A DNA stretch of 64,000 nucleotides from NCBI GenBank assembly GCA_016212855.1, contig JACRDP010000010.1, positions 174,622 through 238,621 of the forward strand. The letters run 5' to 3'. A program made the translations under genes and the position numbers. How positions within the stretch are numbered: the stretch's first letter is position 1; the number at the start of each line of letters is the position of its first letter. Source of the DNA: Elusimicrobiota bacterium. GTDB lineage: Bacteria; Elusimicrobiota; Elusimicrobia; UBA1565; UBA9628. This document shows positions 21,836 through 32,614 of the stretch, piece after piece. A model generated the notes under the pieces. It was not told the DNA's origin. It ran no database searches and saw nothing but the letters and a program-made list of their open reading frames with translations.

Positions 21836-21916
21836 TGGGCGAGGGGGGACTTGAACCCCCAAGCCTTTCGGCACGCGGTCCTAAGCCGCGCGCGTCTGCC
21901 GTTCCGCCACCCGCCC
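21836..21916 (-). tRNA. tRNA-Leu (anticodon TAG), long variable arm
   Basis: Hand-folded. Acceptor GGGCGGG/CTCGCCC (one G-U), anticodon stem CGCGG/CCGCG with loop CTTAGGA, variable arm TGCCGAAAGGCTT, T arm GGGGG-TTCAAGT-CCCCC, discriminator A. No encoded CCA. Confidence 0.8.
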
Positions 21917-21935
21917 ATTAGCGGATAAAAAAATT

Positions 21936-22007
21936 TGGACCGGGTGGGGATCGAACCCACGACCTTACGCTTAAGAGGCGTTTGCTCTACCGCTGAGCTA
22001 CCGATCC
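21936..22007 (-). tRNA. tRNA-Lys (anticodon CTT)
   Basis: Hand-folded. Acceptor GGATCGG/CCGGTCC, D arm GCTC-AGCGGTA-GAGC, anticodon loop CTCTTAA, T arm GTGGG-TTCGATC-CCCAC. Confidence 0.8.
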
Positions 22008-22018
22008 GTCGAAACGAG

Positions 22019-22047
22019 ATGATAGCAAATCCCGAAAATAAAGCCAA
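22019..22047 (-). promoter_or_regulatory. Sigma-70-type promoter for tRNA-Lys/tRNA-Leu/tig: TTGGCT-N17-(TGc)TATCAT
   Basis: On the minus strand: TTGGCT (22047-22042), 17-nt spacer ending in TGC, TATCAT (22024-22019), 11 nt before the tRNA-Lys 5' end. Confidence 0.6.
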
Positions 22048-22138
22048 TCCGTGGCCTTGACGCCGGAGGCGGCCGGGGCTATTCTTCGGGGGATGCGCGG
22101 GTTAACAATTCCGACACCGGGGCGGCGCATCTCTCCTT

Positions 22139-22144
22139 TATAAT
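22139..22144 (+). promoter_or_regulatory. -10 box TATAAT 10 nt upstream of ATG 22155 (likely leaderless or very short leader)
   Basis: ctttTATAATcgtacaagccATG, with no SD in the gap. Confidence 0.45.
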
Positions 22145-22154
22145 CGTACAAGCC

Positions 22155-24089
22155 ATGAAATATTGGATCTTCCAGAATAATCAGGTGTTGGGACCGTACG
22201 AGCCCGACGAGATGGGCAAAATTTCCGTCTTTTCTCCCGAAAGCCTGGTTTGCCCCGAAGGCCGCCGCGGCACGAGCATGGGCGACTGGCAGCGCGCCGG
22301 CATGGTGCCCGATCTGTCCGTCGCGCTGGTGCGCGCCAGCTCCGCCGGGGGCCGCACCGCGACGTTGTCGATCGCGGGCCTGCCTCCCGAGCCGACGCTC
22401 AAGGACCTCGCCCAGCTCGGCAGCATCCAGGAAAAAGTGGCGATGCTCGAGGAGGTCGTGCTCCAGCTGCAGGAAGGCCTGCGCGCCAAGGACGCCGAGC
22501 TTTCCTCGGTCCACCAGCAGCTCGCCGGCAAGAGCCTCGAGGCCAGCGAGATTCGCATGGAAGCCGAGAACCGCCAGCGCGAGGCCGACACGCTGCGACG
22601 CCAGATCGCCGGACTCGAAGAGCGCCTGGGCTCGCTGCGCGACATCAGCGAGACCTTGGGCAAAGCCGTCGCCGAAGAGAAGAAAGTCGAGCAGGACGTC
22701 GAGAAGCAGGGCCAGACCTTGTTCGATCTCACCCGCGAGGTCGAGGCCCTGCGCCGCCGCCTCGAGGGAGCCGAGTCGCGGCCGGCCCCCACCGCCGCGC
22801 CCGCGCCCGAGGCGTTCAAGCCGCCCGAGGCCTCGCCGTTCGCTCCGCCGTCCATGCCGCCGGCCGCGGCCGCGCCCGCCCCGTTCGGCGATGTCGCGGC
22901 GCCGGGCGTACCGCCCGGGGCGTTGACGCCGCCGCCGCTGCCCGTCTCCGCGCCCGCTCCCTTGCCCGCGCCCGAGCCGCGTCTTCCCGACCTCTCGGCG
23001 CCGGCCGAATTTCCGACGGTCAACGTCGCCCCGCTGCCCTCCTTGGACTCGCTCGCGCCGCCGCCTCCGCTCCCGCTGCCCAAAGAAGAGCCGCCCGTGC
23101 CGTCGTCCGTGCCCATGCCCATGCCCGGCGAGCCGGCCGCGTTCGACCCCATGCCCTTCGGCGGACCGGAAGGAGGCAGCCTCGCACCCGACCCCCTGGC
23201 CGCGCCGCTTCCGGACGTCGGCGGCGACATGCTCGCCCCGGAGCCGGTCGTTCCGGCTCCTGCCAAGGGAAAGAAGGCGCTCGTCCTCGGCGCCGTGCTC
23301 GGCCTCGCCGCTCTCGGCGGCCTGGCCGTCGTGGGCGGCTACGTGCCCGGCCTGCAAAAGCCCAAAGCGCCCGCGGCCGTCGTCGACCCCGCGCCGCTGC
23401 CCCCGCCCGAGCCGGCCGAGCTGACTCCCGCGCCGGATCCGCGCCAGCTCGCCGTCGATCTAGCCAAGGCCTGGAAGCTGCCGGGCGACCGCACGCTCGA
23501 ACGCGCCTTGGAGGAGCTCGCTCCGTCCAGCGGCAACCTCTCGCCCTGGATGGCCGAAACGCTCGCCGGCAACCGCGTGCAGGTGAACTATTTCGCCCGC
23601 AGCTCGGCGCCCGGCGCGCCGACGATCGCCTACGAATTCGAAGTCGATCTCGACGGCAAGACCTTGGTCGGACGCAACGCGGCGGCGAAATCGGTGCTTT
23701 CGGGCAAGGCCGTCGCGCCGCCCGCGCCGCCCAAGCCCAAGCCCGTCAAGGTCAAGCCCAAGGGCGCGGCGAAGCCCGCGCCGAAGCCGGTCGAGGACGC
23801 CACGCTCGATTCGATGCTCGGCGAAGAGCCGCCGAAGCCCGCCGCCAAGGCCGCCCCCGCGGCCAAGCCCTCGGAGAACCTGCCCTTGCCCGGCCACGCC
23901 GAGGAAGGCGCGACCTTGACCGACACCGGCGACGCGCCGCTCGACGAAGCTCTCGCCCCGCCGGCCGAGGAGAAGCCCCAGCCGCGCGCCAATCCGGCGA
24001 AGCGCGCGACGAAAGCCAAAGGCGCCAAGCCCGAGCCCAAAGAGGCGCCCGCCGACGAGACGTTGCTCGACGACCTGCTCAAGGAGTGA
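22155..24089 (+). CDS. GYF_2 (DUF4339)-domain protein with coiled coil, Pro-rich region, one TM and Lys/Ala/Pro-rich tail
   Basis: 644 aa. N-terminus MKYWIFQNNQVLGPYEPDEMGKI...GDWQRAGMVPDL fits GYF_2. TM ALVLGAVLGLAALGGLAVVGGYV. Confidence 0.7.
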   Translation: MKYWIFQNNQVLGPYEPDEMGKISVFSPESLVCPEGRRGTSMGDWQRAGMVPDLSVALVRASSAGGRTATLSIAGLPPEPTLKDLAQLGSIQEKVAMLEEVVLQLQEGLRAKDAELSSVHQQLAGKSLEASEIRMEAENRQREADTLRRQIAGLEERLGSLRDISETLGKAVAEEKKVEQDVEKQGQTLFDLTREVEALRRRLEGAESRPAPTAAPAPEAFKPPEASPFAPPSMPPAAAAPAPFGDVAAPGVPPGALTPPPLPVSAPAPLPAPEPRLPDLSAPAEFPTVNVAPLPSLDSLAPPPPLPLPKEEPPVPSSVPMPMPGEPAAFDPMPFGGPEGGSLAPDPLAAPLPDVGGDMLAPEPVVPAPAKGKKALVLGAVLGLAALGGLAVVGGYVPGLQKPKAPAAVVDPAPLPPPEPAELTPAPDPRQLAVDLAKAWKLPGDRTLERALEELAPSSGNLSPWMAETLAGNRVQVNYFARSSAPGAPTIAYEFEVDLDGKTLVGRNAAAKSVLSGKAVAPPAPPKPKPVKVKPKGAAKPAPKPVEDATLDSMLGEEPPKPAAKAAPAAKPSENLPLPGHAEEGATLTDTGDAPLDEALAPPAEEKPQPRANPAKRATKAKGAKPEPKEAPADETLLDDLLKE

Positions 24090-24090
24090 C

Positions 24091-24630
24091 ATGGACCTAG
24101 TCCCCGGTTTGAAGCAGCTCGAAGGCCAGCTCTCTCTGACCGGAGACCGCATCGCCGTCGTCAAGGGGAAGCTCGAAGATCTGCTCTTCCGCGCCCAGCG
24201 CATCGCGGCCGCGGCCAAGAACAACATGAAGGACAACGACACGATGTACACCTACGATCTGCAGAACTTCCGCCGCGACATCCGCACCTTCGGCATGGAG
24301 ATCACCACGCTCCCCGGCCTGCTGGCCTCGCTCGAGCGCACGGCCGAGTACGACCCCAACGCGGGCAAATTCGCGACGGGCGTCATGCGCGGCGCCTCGC
24401 GCGTCGCCAACGCGCTCAAGTCCCTGCACGACATGTCCTTGCTCGCCCATCAGCACATCCGCGCCACCGACCAGAAGATGCTCGCCTGGTACATCGCGCA
24501 GGAGATCGAGGAGATGGCCCAGAAAGGCCTGGGCATGCCCGCGACGGCGAACAAGATCGTCATCGCGGTGTCCACGCCGCCGGCGGGGCAGGCTCCCGGT
24601 CCCGCCGCGCCGCCGCCAGCCGCGGGGTGA
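24091..24630 (+). CDS. Hypothetical protein
   Basis: 179 aa. Starts 1 nt after the upstream stop. Realistic composition. No family recognised. Confidence 0.6.
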   Translation: MDLVPGLKQLEGQLSLTGDRIAVVKGKLEDLLFRAQRIAAAAKNNMKDNDTMYTYDLQNFRRDIRTFGMEITTLPGLLASLERTAEYDPNAGKFATGVMRGASRVANALKSLHDMSLLAHQHIRATDQKMLAWYIAQEIEEMAQKGLGMPATANKIVIAVSTPPAGQAPGPAAPPPAAG

Positions 24631-24637
24631 AGGCGCC

Positions 24638-25099
24638 ATGGACCTCCTGCTGCGCCTCATCGAGCGCCGGACCATCCTCGGCCTCGCCTGCGCCGCGGCC
24701 GCGCTCATGATCGTCAACCGCTTCGGGGGCTACTGGCTCGAGCGCGTCGACATGCGCCTGCATCCGCCCGCGGCCGTCTCCCAGCCGCTCGCGACCGACT
24801 TGCTCAAGGACAACGAGGCGCGCGAAGCGGCCCGCATCCGCGGCATGCACCGCTCGGTCAGCGCGGAGCTCGCCGCCGCCCGGGCGCAGGGCTTCAAGGT
24901 CGAGGAGCTGCAGAAGCTCGCCGACGACATTCTCGCGATGGACTCGCCCTCGTACCGCCCCGTCGTCATCGAGCGGCTCAATAAATTGCGCATGGCGATC
25001 CCGCAGAAGAAGCCCTTCACCCGCACGGCCGGCGCGGACGACCAGAACCGCGAGCTCGACGACGCGCCGGTTCCCAAGCAAACGCGGCGGCGGAGATGA
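24638..25099 (+). CDS. Hypothetical membrane-anchored protein
   Basis: 153 aa. N-terminal TM ILGLACAAAALMIV. ATGA overlap with the next gene. Confidence 0.6.
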   Translation: MDLLLRLIERRTILGLACAAAALMIVNRFGGYWLERVDMRLHPPAAVSQPLATDLLKDNEAREAARIRGMHRSVSAELAAARAQGFKVEELQKLADDILAMDSPSYRPVVIERLNKLRMAIPQKKPFTRTAGADDQNRELDDAPVPKQTRRRR

Positions 25100-27249
25100 A
25101 GTTCCTCTTACTGGCCACGCTCCTATTATCGGGAACGTCCGCGCGCAGCGCGGACGCCGAGGAAGCCGTGCTCACCGCGCGCGGCGCCTTCCTGGCCGGG
25201 CGCTACGAGGACGCCGAGACCGCCTGGAAGTATCTCTCCGAGCTCGGCGTCGCCGCCCCCGAGCCCGAGGCGAACCTCGCTTTGACCTTGCGCGATCTGG
25301 GCCGCCACGAGCCCGCCACCGCGCAATGGCTCAAGGCGTCTCTGCTCGAAGGCGCCGACGGCTTCGCCTGGAACCAGCGCGGCTGGTCGTACCTCGCCAC
25401 CGGTCATTACCGCGAGGCGCGCGACGCGTTCACGCGCGCGGTCGATCGCTCCTCGACGACGGCCTCGCAGGCCGAGGCGAGCCTCGGGCTCGGCCTGGGC
25501 TACATCTTCGACGCCAAGCCGCGCGCCGCCGACGCGCCGCTGCGCCGGGCCGCGGCCGCCGGCCCGTACGCGATTTCCGTGTCCGCCCAGTTGACCGCGG
25601 AAGCGGCGCGCATGATCGGCGACCGTCAGACGGCGCTCACCTACCTGCGCCAGGCCGTCGACGTCGACGCCGCCAACAACGAGGCCCTGCGCGGGCTGGC
25701 CTACGCCCTGGCCGAGGCGGGCGACAACCGCGCCGCCTGGCGCGCCTACAAGAAAGTGCTCTCGCTCGACCCCAAGGACGCCGCAGCGCGCAAGGCCTAC
25801 GACAAGGCCGGGCGCTACATCGTCGGCGACCTCGACGCCGCCGCCGGCCTGCGCCGCGTCGCGCGCCCGGCGCTCGACGCCTCGAGCGAAGACCTGCCGC
25901 TGCCGGTCTCCACGCGCACGATCCGCGTCGGCCTGTACGGGGCTCCCGACGGCCGCCCGGCGGTGCTCACGCGCGCCTACGTCATGAGCAACAGCCCCTT
26001 CAAAGTCACCTCCATCTCCCACGGCGTCCTGCGCGACAACGGCCGCGCCGTGGACCAGTGGGAGATCGACTACCGTCCCGAAAACGGCCTCATCGAGGTG
26101 CGCGACGCCTCGCGCAACATCCTCTTCACCTCCAAGACGCCCTTCACCTTCGTGCCCGACGCCGCGCGCGGCTCGATCCTCGTCAAAACCGCCGCCATCG
26201 CCGACATGGTCGGCGTCGATCCCGGCGACCGCGAGGTCCGCGGCGGCGTCGAGGTCGTGCCCAATCCCTGGGGCTTCCGGCTCGTGCAGGTCGCACCCGT
26301 CGAGCAGTACCTCATCGGCGTCGTCTCCTACGCGCTGCCCATCGACAGCCCGCCCGAGGCCATGCGCGCGCAGGCGGTCGTCGCGCGCACCGCCGCCTAT
26401 TGGTCCATGGAGAACCGGGATGAGACGCTCGAACATTGCGATCTCCTCGACGACGATTCCACCCAGCGCACCATCGGCGTCAGCGGCGAGATGCGCGCCG
26501 CCTCTTTGGCCATCGTCGACACCGAAGGCCAGGCCCTCTCCCTCAAGGGGCGGCCGGCCCGCGTCTTCCAGCACCTCGACAGCGGCGGCGTCACCGAAGA
26601 AGGAACCGAAACCGGCCAGCCCGGCCTCGAGCACATCGTCTCGGTGCAGGACAGCGCCAAGACCTTTCTGCCCTGGCGCACGGCCCTCGAGCTCGAACGC
26701 TCCGTCCACGACGCGCCGCCCGAAGGGATGTTCGGCGAGGCCGCGGCCGTCTCCGTGCCCAACGCCACGCGCTGGATGCGGATCATCGACGGCAAGGAGC
26801 TGCGAAAGCGCGTCGAGCGGCGCAAGGATCTCGGCGCGATCCGCCGCGTGCGCGTCGCCGGCCGCACGCCGACCGGCCGCGTGCGCGCGCTCGAGGTGAT
26901 CGGCGCCGACGGAACGGGCCTCTACACCGGGCGCAAGGAGATCGACGAGCTGTTGGGGCCGGGGTCGCTGCGTTCGACCCTCTTCACCGTTCAACCGATC
27001 ATGGACGGCAAAACCGTCTCCCGCCTGATCCTCTGGGGCGCCGGCACCGGCCACGGCCTCGGCTTCGCGCGCCAGGGCGCCTTGGGCCAGGCCGCGCTCG
27101 GCGTGAAATGGAAGGAAATCGTCCGTCACTACTTCCCGCGCCTGGAGCTCAAGGACTTCCTGCATCCCGCCGCCCCGTCGAAAATCCCCAAGGGAGTGGG
27201 GCCCTACAAGCGCACCCTCGACTTCCATAAGCAGAAGAAGAACAAGTAG
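25096..27249 (+). CDS. Secreted TPR-repeat + SpoIID/LytB-domain protein (peptidoglycan remodelling)
   Basis: 717 aa. Signal peptide, TPR-like N-terminal half. SpoIID-like core VEQYLIGVVSYALPIDSPPEAMRAQAVVARTAAY and GHGLGFARQGALGQA. Confidence 0.75.
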   Translation: MKFLLLATLLLSGTSARSADAEEAVLTARGAFLAGRYEDAETAWKYLSELGVAAPEPEANLALTLRDLGRHEPATAQWLKASLLEGADGFAWNQRGWSYLATGHYREARDAFTRAVDRSSTTASQAEASLGLGLGYIFDAKPRAADAPLRRAAAAGPYAISVSAQLTAEAARMIGDRQTALTYLRQAVDVDAANNEALRGLAYALAEAGDNRAAWRAYKKVLSLDPKDAAARKAYDKAGRYIVGDLDAAAGLRRVARPALDASSEDLPLPVSTRTIRVGLYGAPDGRPAVLTRAYVMSNSPFKVTSISHGVLRDNGRAVDQWEIDYRPENGLIEVRDASRNILFTSKTPFTFVPDAARGSILVKTAAIADMVGVDPGDREVRGGVEVVPNPWGFRLVQVAPVEQYLIGVVSYALPIDSPPEAMRAQAVVARTAAYWSMENRDETLEHCDLLDDDSTQRTIGVSGEMRAASLAIVDTEGQALSLKGRPARVFQHLDSGGVTEEGTETGQPGLEHIVSVQDSAKTFLPWRTALELERSVHDAPPEGMFGEAAAVSVPNATRWMRIIDGKELRKRVERRKDLGAIRRVRVAGRTPTGRVRALEVIGADGTGLYTGRKEIDELLGPGSLRSTLFTVQPIMDGKTVSRLILWGAGTGHGLGFARQGALGQAALGVKWKEIVRHYFPRLELKDFLHPAAPSKIPKGVGPYKRTLDFHKQKKNK

Positions 27250-27258
27250 GATCATGTA

Positions 27259-28401
27259 ATGGCGGTCAAGGTCGCGCATCTCGTCACACGTCTCGACATG
27301 GGCGGCGCGCAGCAAAACACGCTGCATACGGTCCGTCATTTGGATCGCGCGAAATTCGACCCGCTCCTGATCTGCGGCTCCGGGGGGCTTCTCGACGAGG
27401 ACGTCGTCAATGATCCTTCCGTACGTTCTCGATTCGTTGATTCCCTGGTTCGAGACATCAATCCGTTTCTCGATCTGCTGGCTCTTTTTGAGCTCTCCAA
27501 TATTCTGTTATCCGAGCGCCCTTCCGTTTTACACACCCACAGTTCCAAAGCCGGCATCCTCGGCCGCCTCGCCGCCGCCCTCGCGGGCGTGCCCGTCGTG
27601 GTCCACACCTATCACGGCTTCGGCTTTCACGACCGCCAGCCGGCCGTCGTGAAGTCGCTTTACGTGTTCCTGGAGAAAATCTGCGCGTATTTCACCGACG
27701 CGCTCGTCTTCGTGTCGAAAGCGAACATCGATTACGCGGTCGCCCACGATCTCGTCCAGCCTCAAGACGCCGTCCTCATCCGCTCCGGCGTGAAGCTCTC
27801 AGGCCTTCCCGCGCCGGTCGACGCCGCCAAGCTCAAGATGTCGGCCGGCGTGGGCATGCACAAGCTCCTCGTCGTCTCCGTCGGCAATTTAAAGCCGCAG
27901 AAGAACGCGGCCGACTTCGTCGAAGCCGCCGCCGCCGTCCTCGCCGAGGTTCCCGACGCGCGCTTCGTCTTCCTCGGCGACGGCCCCCAGCGCCGCGCCC
28001 TCGAGGCGCGCGCCTTCGTCCTCGGCCTCGAGGGCAAGGTCCTCTTCCTCGGCTGGCGCCGCGACGCGGCCGAGTGGCTGGCGGCCGCCGACGTGTTCGT
28101 GATGACCTCCCTATGGGAAGGCCTGCCGCGCGCGCTCGTCGAGGCGATGAAAAGCGGCGCGCCTCCGGTCTGCTACGCCACGGACGGCGTCACCGACCTG
28201 ATCCTGGACGGAGTGAACGGCTATCAGGTCGAGCCGGGCAATTACCGCGCCTTGGCGGCGCGAGTGAGCGCGCTCCTTAAAGACGAGCCTTCCCGCAAAA
28301 AGATGGGCGCCGCCGCCGCGTCCGCGATCGGCCCCGAGTTCGACATCGACGGCATGGTGCGTTCTCAGGAACGCCTGTATGAGCGACTCCTCTCCGTTTA
28401 A
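27259..28401 (+). CDS. Glycosyltransferase family 4 (GT-B, RfaB-like)
   Basis: 380 aa. VLHTHSSKAGILGR and the C-terminal EGLPRALVEAMKSGAPPV motif (E-x7-E type). Confidence 0.8.
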   Translation: MAVKVAHLVTRLDMGGAQQNTLHTVRHLDRAKFDPLLICGSGGLLDEDVVNDPSVRSRFVDSLVRDINPFLDLLALFELSNILLSERPSVLHTHSSKAGILGRLAAALAGVPVVVHTYHGFGFHDRQPAVVKSLYVFLEKICAYFTDALVFVSKANIDYAVAHDLVQPQDAVLIRSGVKLSGLPAPVDAAKLKMSAGVGMHKLLVVSVGNLKPQKNAADFVEAAAAVLAEVPDARFVFLGDGPQRRALEARAFVLGLEGKVLFLGWRRDAAEWLAAADVFVMTSLWEGLPRALVEAMKSGAPPVCYATDGVTDLILDGVNGYQVEPGNYRALAARVSALLKDEPSRKKMGAAAASAIGPEFDIDGMVRSQERLYERLLSV

Positions 28402-29236
28402 ACAGCCGCTCGGTTTATTCCTGCAGGGCGGGGGAGCCCTCGGCGCCTGGCAGGCCGGAGCGCTCGAGGCTCTCGCCGCCGCGGGCGTCCGTTTCGACGC
28501 CGTGATGGGCTTCAGCATCGGCGCTCTCAATGGCTACGCCGTCGCGTACGACAAGCTCGCCGACGGACTCAAACGCTGGCGCCGGCTCGACGGCTGGGCT
28601 TTGCGTCCGAGCCTGCGCCTGTACCCGTTCTCGCTGTGCTCCACCGAGCCCCTGCAGGCCTTCCTCGGCGACGCCCGCGAGGAAGCCGCGGCCAAGTCCG
28701 GCCTGCGCCGCGACTTCACCATCGTCTCCGCCTGCCTCGCCGACGGCGTCCCCATCAACGCCCGCTTCACGCCCGGCGGCAACAACGGCTGGGACGGCCC
28801 GCTTACCGAGCACGCCGCCGCCAGCTGCGCGATCCCTCTGATCTTTCCGCCGGTGGACCTGAATTTCCGGGGGCGCGCCGTGCGCCTCGTGGACGGCGGC
28901 GTCCCGGTGGCCGCTCCTCTCGACTTCTCGCCGCTCGCCGCCAGCCCCGCGGTTCTGGTGCTCGAAATGGTGCGAGCCGACGAGGTCGGCCGTTTCCACT
29001 GGACGCCCTGGCGCGCCGTCGAGCAGGGCTTCCGTGACGCCGGCCGTAAGATCGTCGACGACGCCCTGCTTCCGCTCCTCTCCGCCGGCCGGCCGTTGTA
29101 CCGTCTGGCCCCGTCCCGGCGCCTCGACCCCCTGATGCTCGATTTCCGCTCCGCCGGACTCGCCCGGATGCTCGCCCAGGGCGCGGAGGACGCGAAAGCC
29201 TTCCTCGCCGCGCCCGAAACTGGACGCGCGCGCTAA
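28379..29236 (+). CDS. Patatin-like phospholipase
   Basis: 285 aa. Oxyanion GGGALGAW, nucleophile elbow GFSIG, and DGG near LVDGGV. Confidence 0.8.
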   Translation: MSDSSPFKQPLGLFLQGGGALGAWQAGALEALAAAGVRFDAVMGFSIGALNGYAVAYDKLADGLKRWRRLDGWALRPSLRLYPFSLCSTEPLQAFLGDAREEAAAKSGLRRDFTIVSACLADGVPINARFTPGGNNGWDGPLTEHAAASCAIPLIFPPVDLNFRGRAVRLVDGGVPVAAPLDFSPLAASPAVLVLEMVRADEVGRFHWTPWRAVEQGFRDAGRKIVDDALLPLLSAGRPLYRLAPSRRLDPLMLDFRSAGLARMLAQGAEDAKAFLAAPETGRAR

Positions 29237-29239
29237 AAT

Positions 29240-29248
29240 TGCTTTAAT
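29240..29248 (+). promoter_or_regulatory. Extended -10 element TGcTTTAAT 9 nt upstream of ATG 29258
   Basis: aatTGcTTTAATgacggcgcgATG, with no SD. Confidence 0.45.
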
Positions 29249-29257
29249 GACGGCGCG

Positions 29258-30763
29258 ATGGACATCTCGCGCCGTTCCTTCATCAAATGGGTGATCGCCG
29301 GGGCGGCCTCCGCCTCGCCCTTCGGTTGCTCTCCCGCAGTCCATGGCGGGGGAAAGAACATCCCCGAGGCGAAGCTCGGCAGCGAAAGCAATAAGGTCTG
29401 TCACGACGTCCGCGACGGCCTGCTGCAGTCCGGCTTTCCGCCTCCCTCCAAATCCGTCGACATCGTCATCGTCGGCGGCGGCTCCTCCGGCCTCGCCGCC
29501 GCCGAGCGCTGTTTCGGCTCCGACTTCCTGCTCCTCGAAAAAGATGCCCACATGGGCGGCAACGCCTGGTCCGAGACCTGGGAAGGCCTCGACTACTGCA
29601 CCGGCTCCGCCTGGATGTCCTTCGACAACCCCGAGGTCGTCAAGCTGTTCCAGCGCTGGAAGCTCGAGCTTCCCGAGATCAAGGGCAACGACTCCGCCCA
29701 CTGGGACGGCACGTGGATCAAGGATTTCTGGAACAGCGACCCCGACTACCCGAGCTACGCTCAGCTCCCGTATCCGAAATCCGTCCAGGATGATTTCCGC
29801 CGCTTCATCCGCGAGACCAAGAAGATCGACAGGACCAAGGACGCGGACAAGCTCGACGCGATGACTTTCCAGGACCTGTTCAAGGGCTACGACGGCCGCG
29901 TCCAGCAGTACTGGGACTATTTCGGGCCGTCCAATTGGGGCGCGCAGACCCAAGACACGTCCGCGCTCATCGGCCTGACCGCCGTCCATGAATGGGCGCC
30001 CTGCAAGCGCAACACCTACGAGGGCGGCCTGGGCATGGTCACGCGCAAGGTCTTCGCCTCATTCCCCGATGACAAGAAGAAACGTTGCGTTACCAACGCT
30101 GCGGTCTTCGCGGTGCGCCGCGAGGGCAAACGCGTCAATGTCTCCTTCATGAAAGACGGAAAGCCCGAAACGGTCTCCGCGAAATCCGTCATCATGTGCG
30201 CGCCTAAATTCATCGCCAAGCATCTGCTCAACGACCTCCCCGAAGCGCAGTCCGCCGCGATGGCCAAGATGCGCTACGCGCCCTACCTCGTCTACAACTT
30301 CTGCTTCGACAAGGTCGTCTGGAACCTCAACTACGACAACTGGGCCATCGGCGCCCGGCACTTCACCGACTTCATCCCGGCCGACTACGCCACTCACGCC
30401 GACGGCGGCGACCTGTCGCGAAAGCAGGTCATCACCGTCTACGCCCCGAAAACCGAGGCGGCGCGCGCCGACCTCCTCGACGACGAGGAGGTCCTCGCCG
30501 AAGCCCACGCCGCCGGCAACGAGCTGTGCGGAGTCTTCTTCCCGTCCTGGGCCGAGCAGCTTCGCGAGGTCCGCGTCTACCGCCGGGGCCACCCGATGCC
30601 GATGTCCGCGCCGGGCTCCTGGTCCAAGCTGCAGAAAGCCACCCCGCTCGACCACGCGCCCGTCTATTTCTCGCACAGCGACAATTCCGGAACCGTCTCG
30701 GACCTTTACGAGGCGGCCCTCGGCGCCATCAAGGCGGCCGAGAAAGCGTTGACGCACGTTTAA
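29258..30763 (+). CDS. Tat-exported FAD-dependent oxidoreductase (amine-oxidase/phytoene-desaturase-like fold)
   Basis: 501 aa. Twin-arginine signal [19 protein letters not shown]. Dinucleotide motif [16 protein letters not shown]. Confidence 0.75.
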   Translation: MDISRRSFIKWVIAGAASASPFGCSPAVHGGGKNIPEAKLGSESNKVCHDVRDGLLQSGFPPPSKSVDIVIVGGGSSGLAAAERCFGSDFLLLEKDAHMGGNAWSETWEGLDYCTGSAWMSFDNPEVVKLFQRWKLELPEIKGNDSAHWDGTWIKDFWNSDPDYPSYAQLPYPKSVQDDFRRFIRETKKIDRTKDADKLDAMTFQDLFKGYDGRVQQYWDYFGPSNWGAQTQDTSALIGLTAVHEWAPCKRNTYEGGLGMVTRKVFASFPDDKKKRCVTNAAVFAVRREGKRVNVSFMKDGKPETVSAKSVIMCAPKFIAKHLLNDLPEAQSAAMAKMRYAPYLVYNFCFDKVVWNLNYDNWAIGARHFTDFIPADYATHADGGDLSRKQVITVYAPKTEAARADLLDDEEVLAEAHAAGNELCGVFFPSWAEQLREVRVYRRGHPMPMSAPGSWSKLQKATPLDHAPVYFSHSDNSGTVSDLYEAALGAIKAAEKALTHV

Positions 30764-30780
30764 ATTTCAGGAGGACGACC

Positions 30781-32133
<1,353 letters not shown>

Positions 32134-32150
32134 ACTCCTCCTCACCGTCT

Positions 32151-32187
32151 GAGGCCGGCGCTCGAAAGGGCGCCGGCCTCTTCATTT
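32151..32187 (+). terminator. Rho-independent terminator after icd
   Basis: GAGGCCGGCGC-tcgaaagg-GCGCCGGCCTC followed by TTCATTT. Confidence 0.8.
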
Positions 32188-32258
32188 CCCAGGGAACAAT
32201 TCGGGGGGCTCAATCGTATGAAGGGGGATGAAGCAGACCCGACGCCCCTTGACATTTT

Positions 32259-32274
32259 GTGCTATATATGGCAC
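32259..32274. promoter_or_regulatory. 16-bp near-perfect palindrome overlapping a TGcTATATA extended -10 (candidate TA operator/promoter)
   Basis: GTGCTATATATGGCAC (7 of 8 positions symmetric), 8 nt upstream of the toxin ATG at 32282. Confidence 0.4.
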
Positions 32275-32281
32275 ACTCTGA

Positions 32282-32614
32282 ATGAGCCTCTTCGCCTTGA
32301 GACTCTTTTTGACGCCGGAGTTCCACGCCTGGCGCGATACACTCGACAAAGCCGCAGACAGTCGACTGGAAGTCCGAATCGAACGGCTTCAGTCGGGGCA
32401 TTTCGGGGACTCGCGCAGTCTGGGCAATGGACTTTTCGAACTGCGCTGGCGAAATGGGATGCGCGTTTATTATACGCGCAAGAGAATTCGTGATATCGAC
32501 TCGATCGTGCTCCACGGCGGGTTCAAAGGGACACAATATGCCGACATCGACAAAGCGCGCGCGCTCAAAATCCGCTACGAACAACGATTCGGACACGAGG
32601 ACAAAGATGCTTAA
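32282..32614 (+). CDS. RelE/HigB-superfamily toxin (putative addiction module killer protein, TIGR02683-like)
   Basis: 110 aa. FHAWRDTLDKAADSRLEVRIERLQSGHFGDSRSLGNGLFELRWRNGMRVYY...IVLHGGFKGTQYADIDKA matches the family pattern F..WL..L.D..A...I..RI.RL..GN.GD..PVG.GV.ELRI..GPGYRVYF...LL.GGDK..Q..DI..A. Confidence 0.75.
   Translation: MSLFALRLFLTPEFHAWRDTLDKAADSRLEVRIERLQSGHFGDSRSLGNGLFELRWRNGMRVYYTRKRIRDIDSIVLHGGFKGTQYADIDKARALKIRYEQRFGHEDKDA

Noticed and set aside
22780-23300. Repetitive GC-rich stretches (Pro/Ala codon runs here, PAPAPAPAP at ~37140-37180, Lys/Pro/Ala runs at ~23700-24060) considered as CRISPR or tandem-repeat loci.
   Set aside because: They are in frame within convincing ORFs and encode low-complexity Pro/Ala/Lys linkers. 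There is no repeat-spacer periodicity and no cas genes.
25126-27339. 737-aa ORF antisense to the TPR-SpoIID gene. Similar long antisense or off-frame ORFs include 10700..11923, 11760..13235, 21987..23357, 22250..24100, 28415..29989, 34663..36753, 41047..42567, 42652..44145, 45969..47744, 46384..49134, 48879..50450, 55361..56530, 58171..59427, 60275..62014, 61758..63041 and 61982..63283.
   Set aside because: These are typical high-GC artefacts. The translations are dominated by Arg/Gly/Ala/Asp/His runs with no motifs. Each is fully overlapped by an ORF in another frame or strand that has recognisable family signatures and realistic composition.
28379-29236. Patatin-like phospholipase considered as a CBASS CapV-type effector.
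   Set aside because: No CD-NTase/cyclase, no Cap2/Cap3 and no other signalling gene is adjacent. It overlaps a GT4 gene in an otherwise housekeeping/envelope operon.
32249-32254. TTGACA hexamer upstream of the TA cassette, considered as a -35 box.
   Set aside because: It lies only 8 nt from the TATATA box and 17 nt from a poor CACACT, so the spacing does not fit a sigma-70 promoter with either. The extended -10 (TGcTATATA) does not need it.
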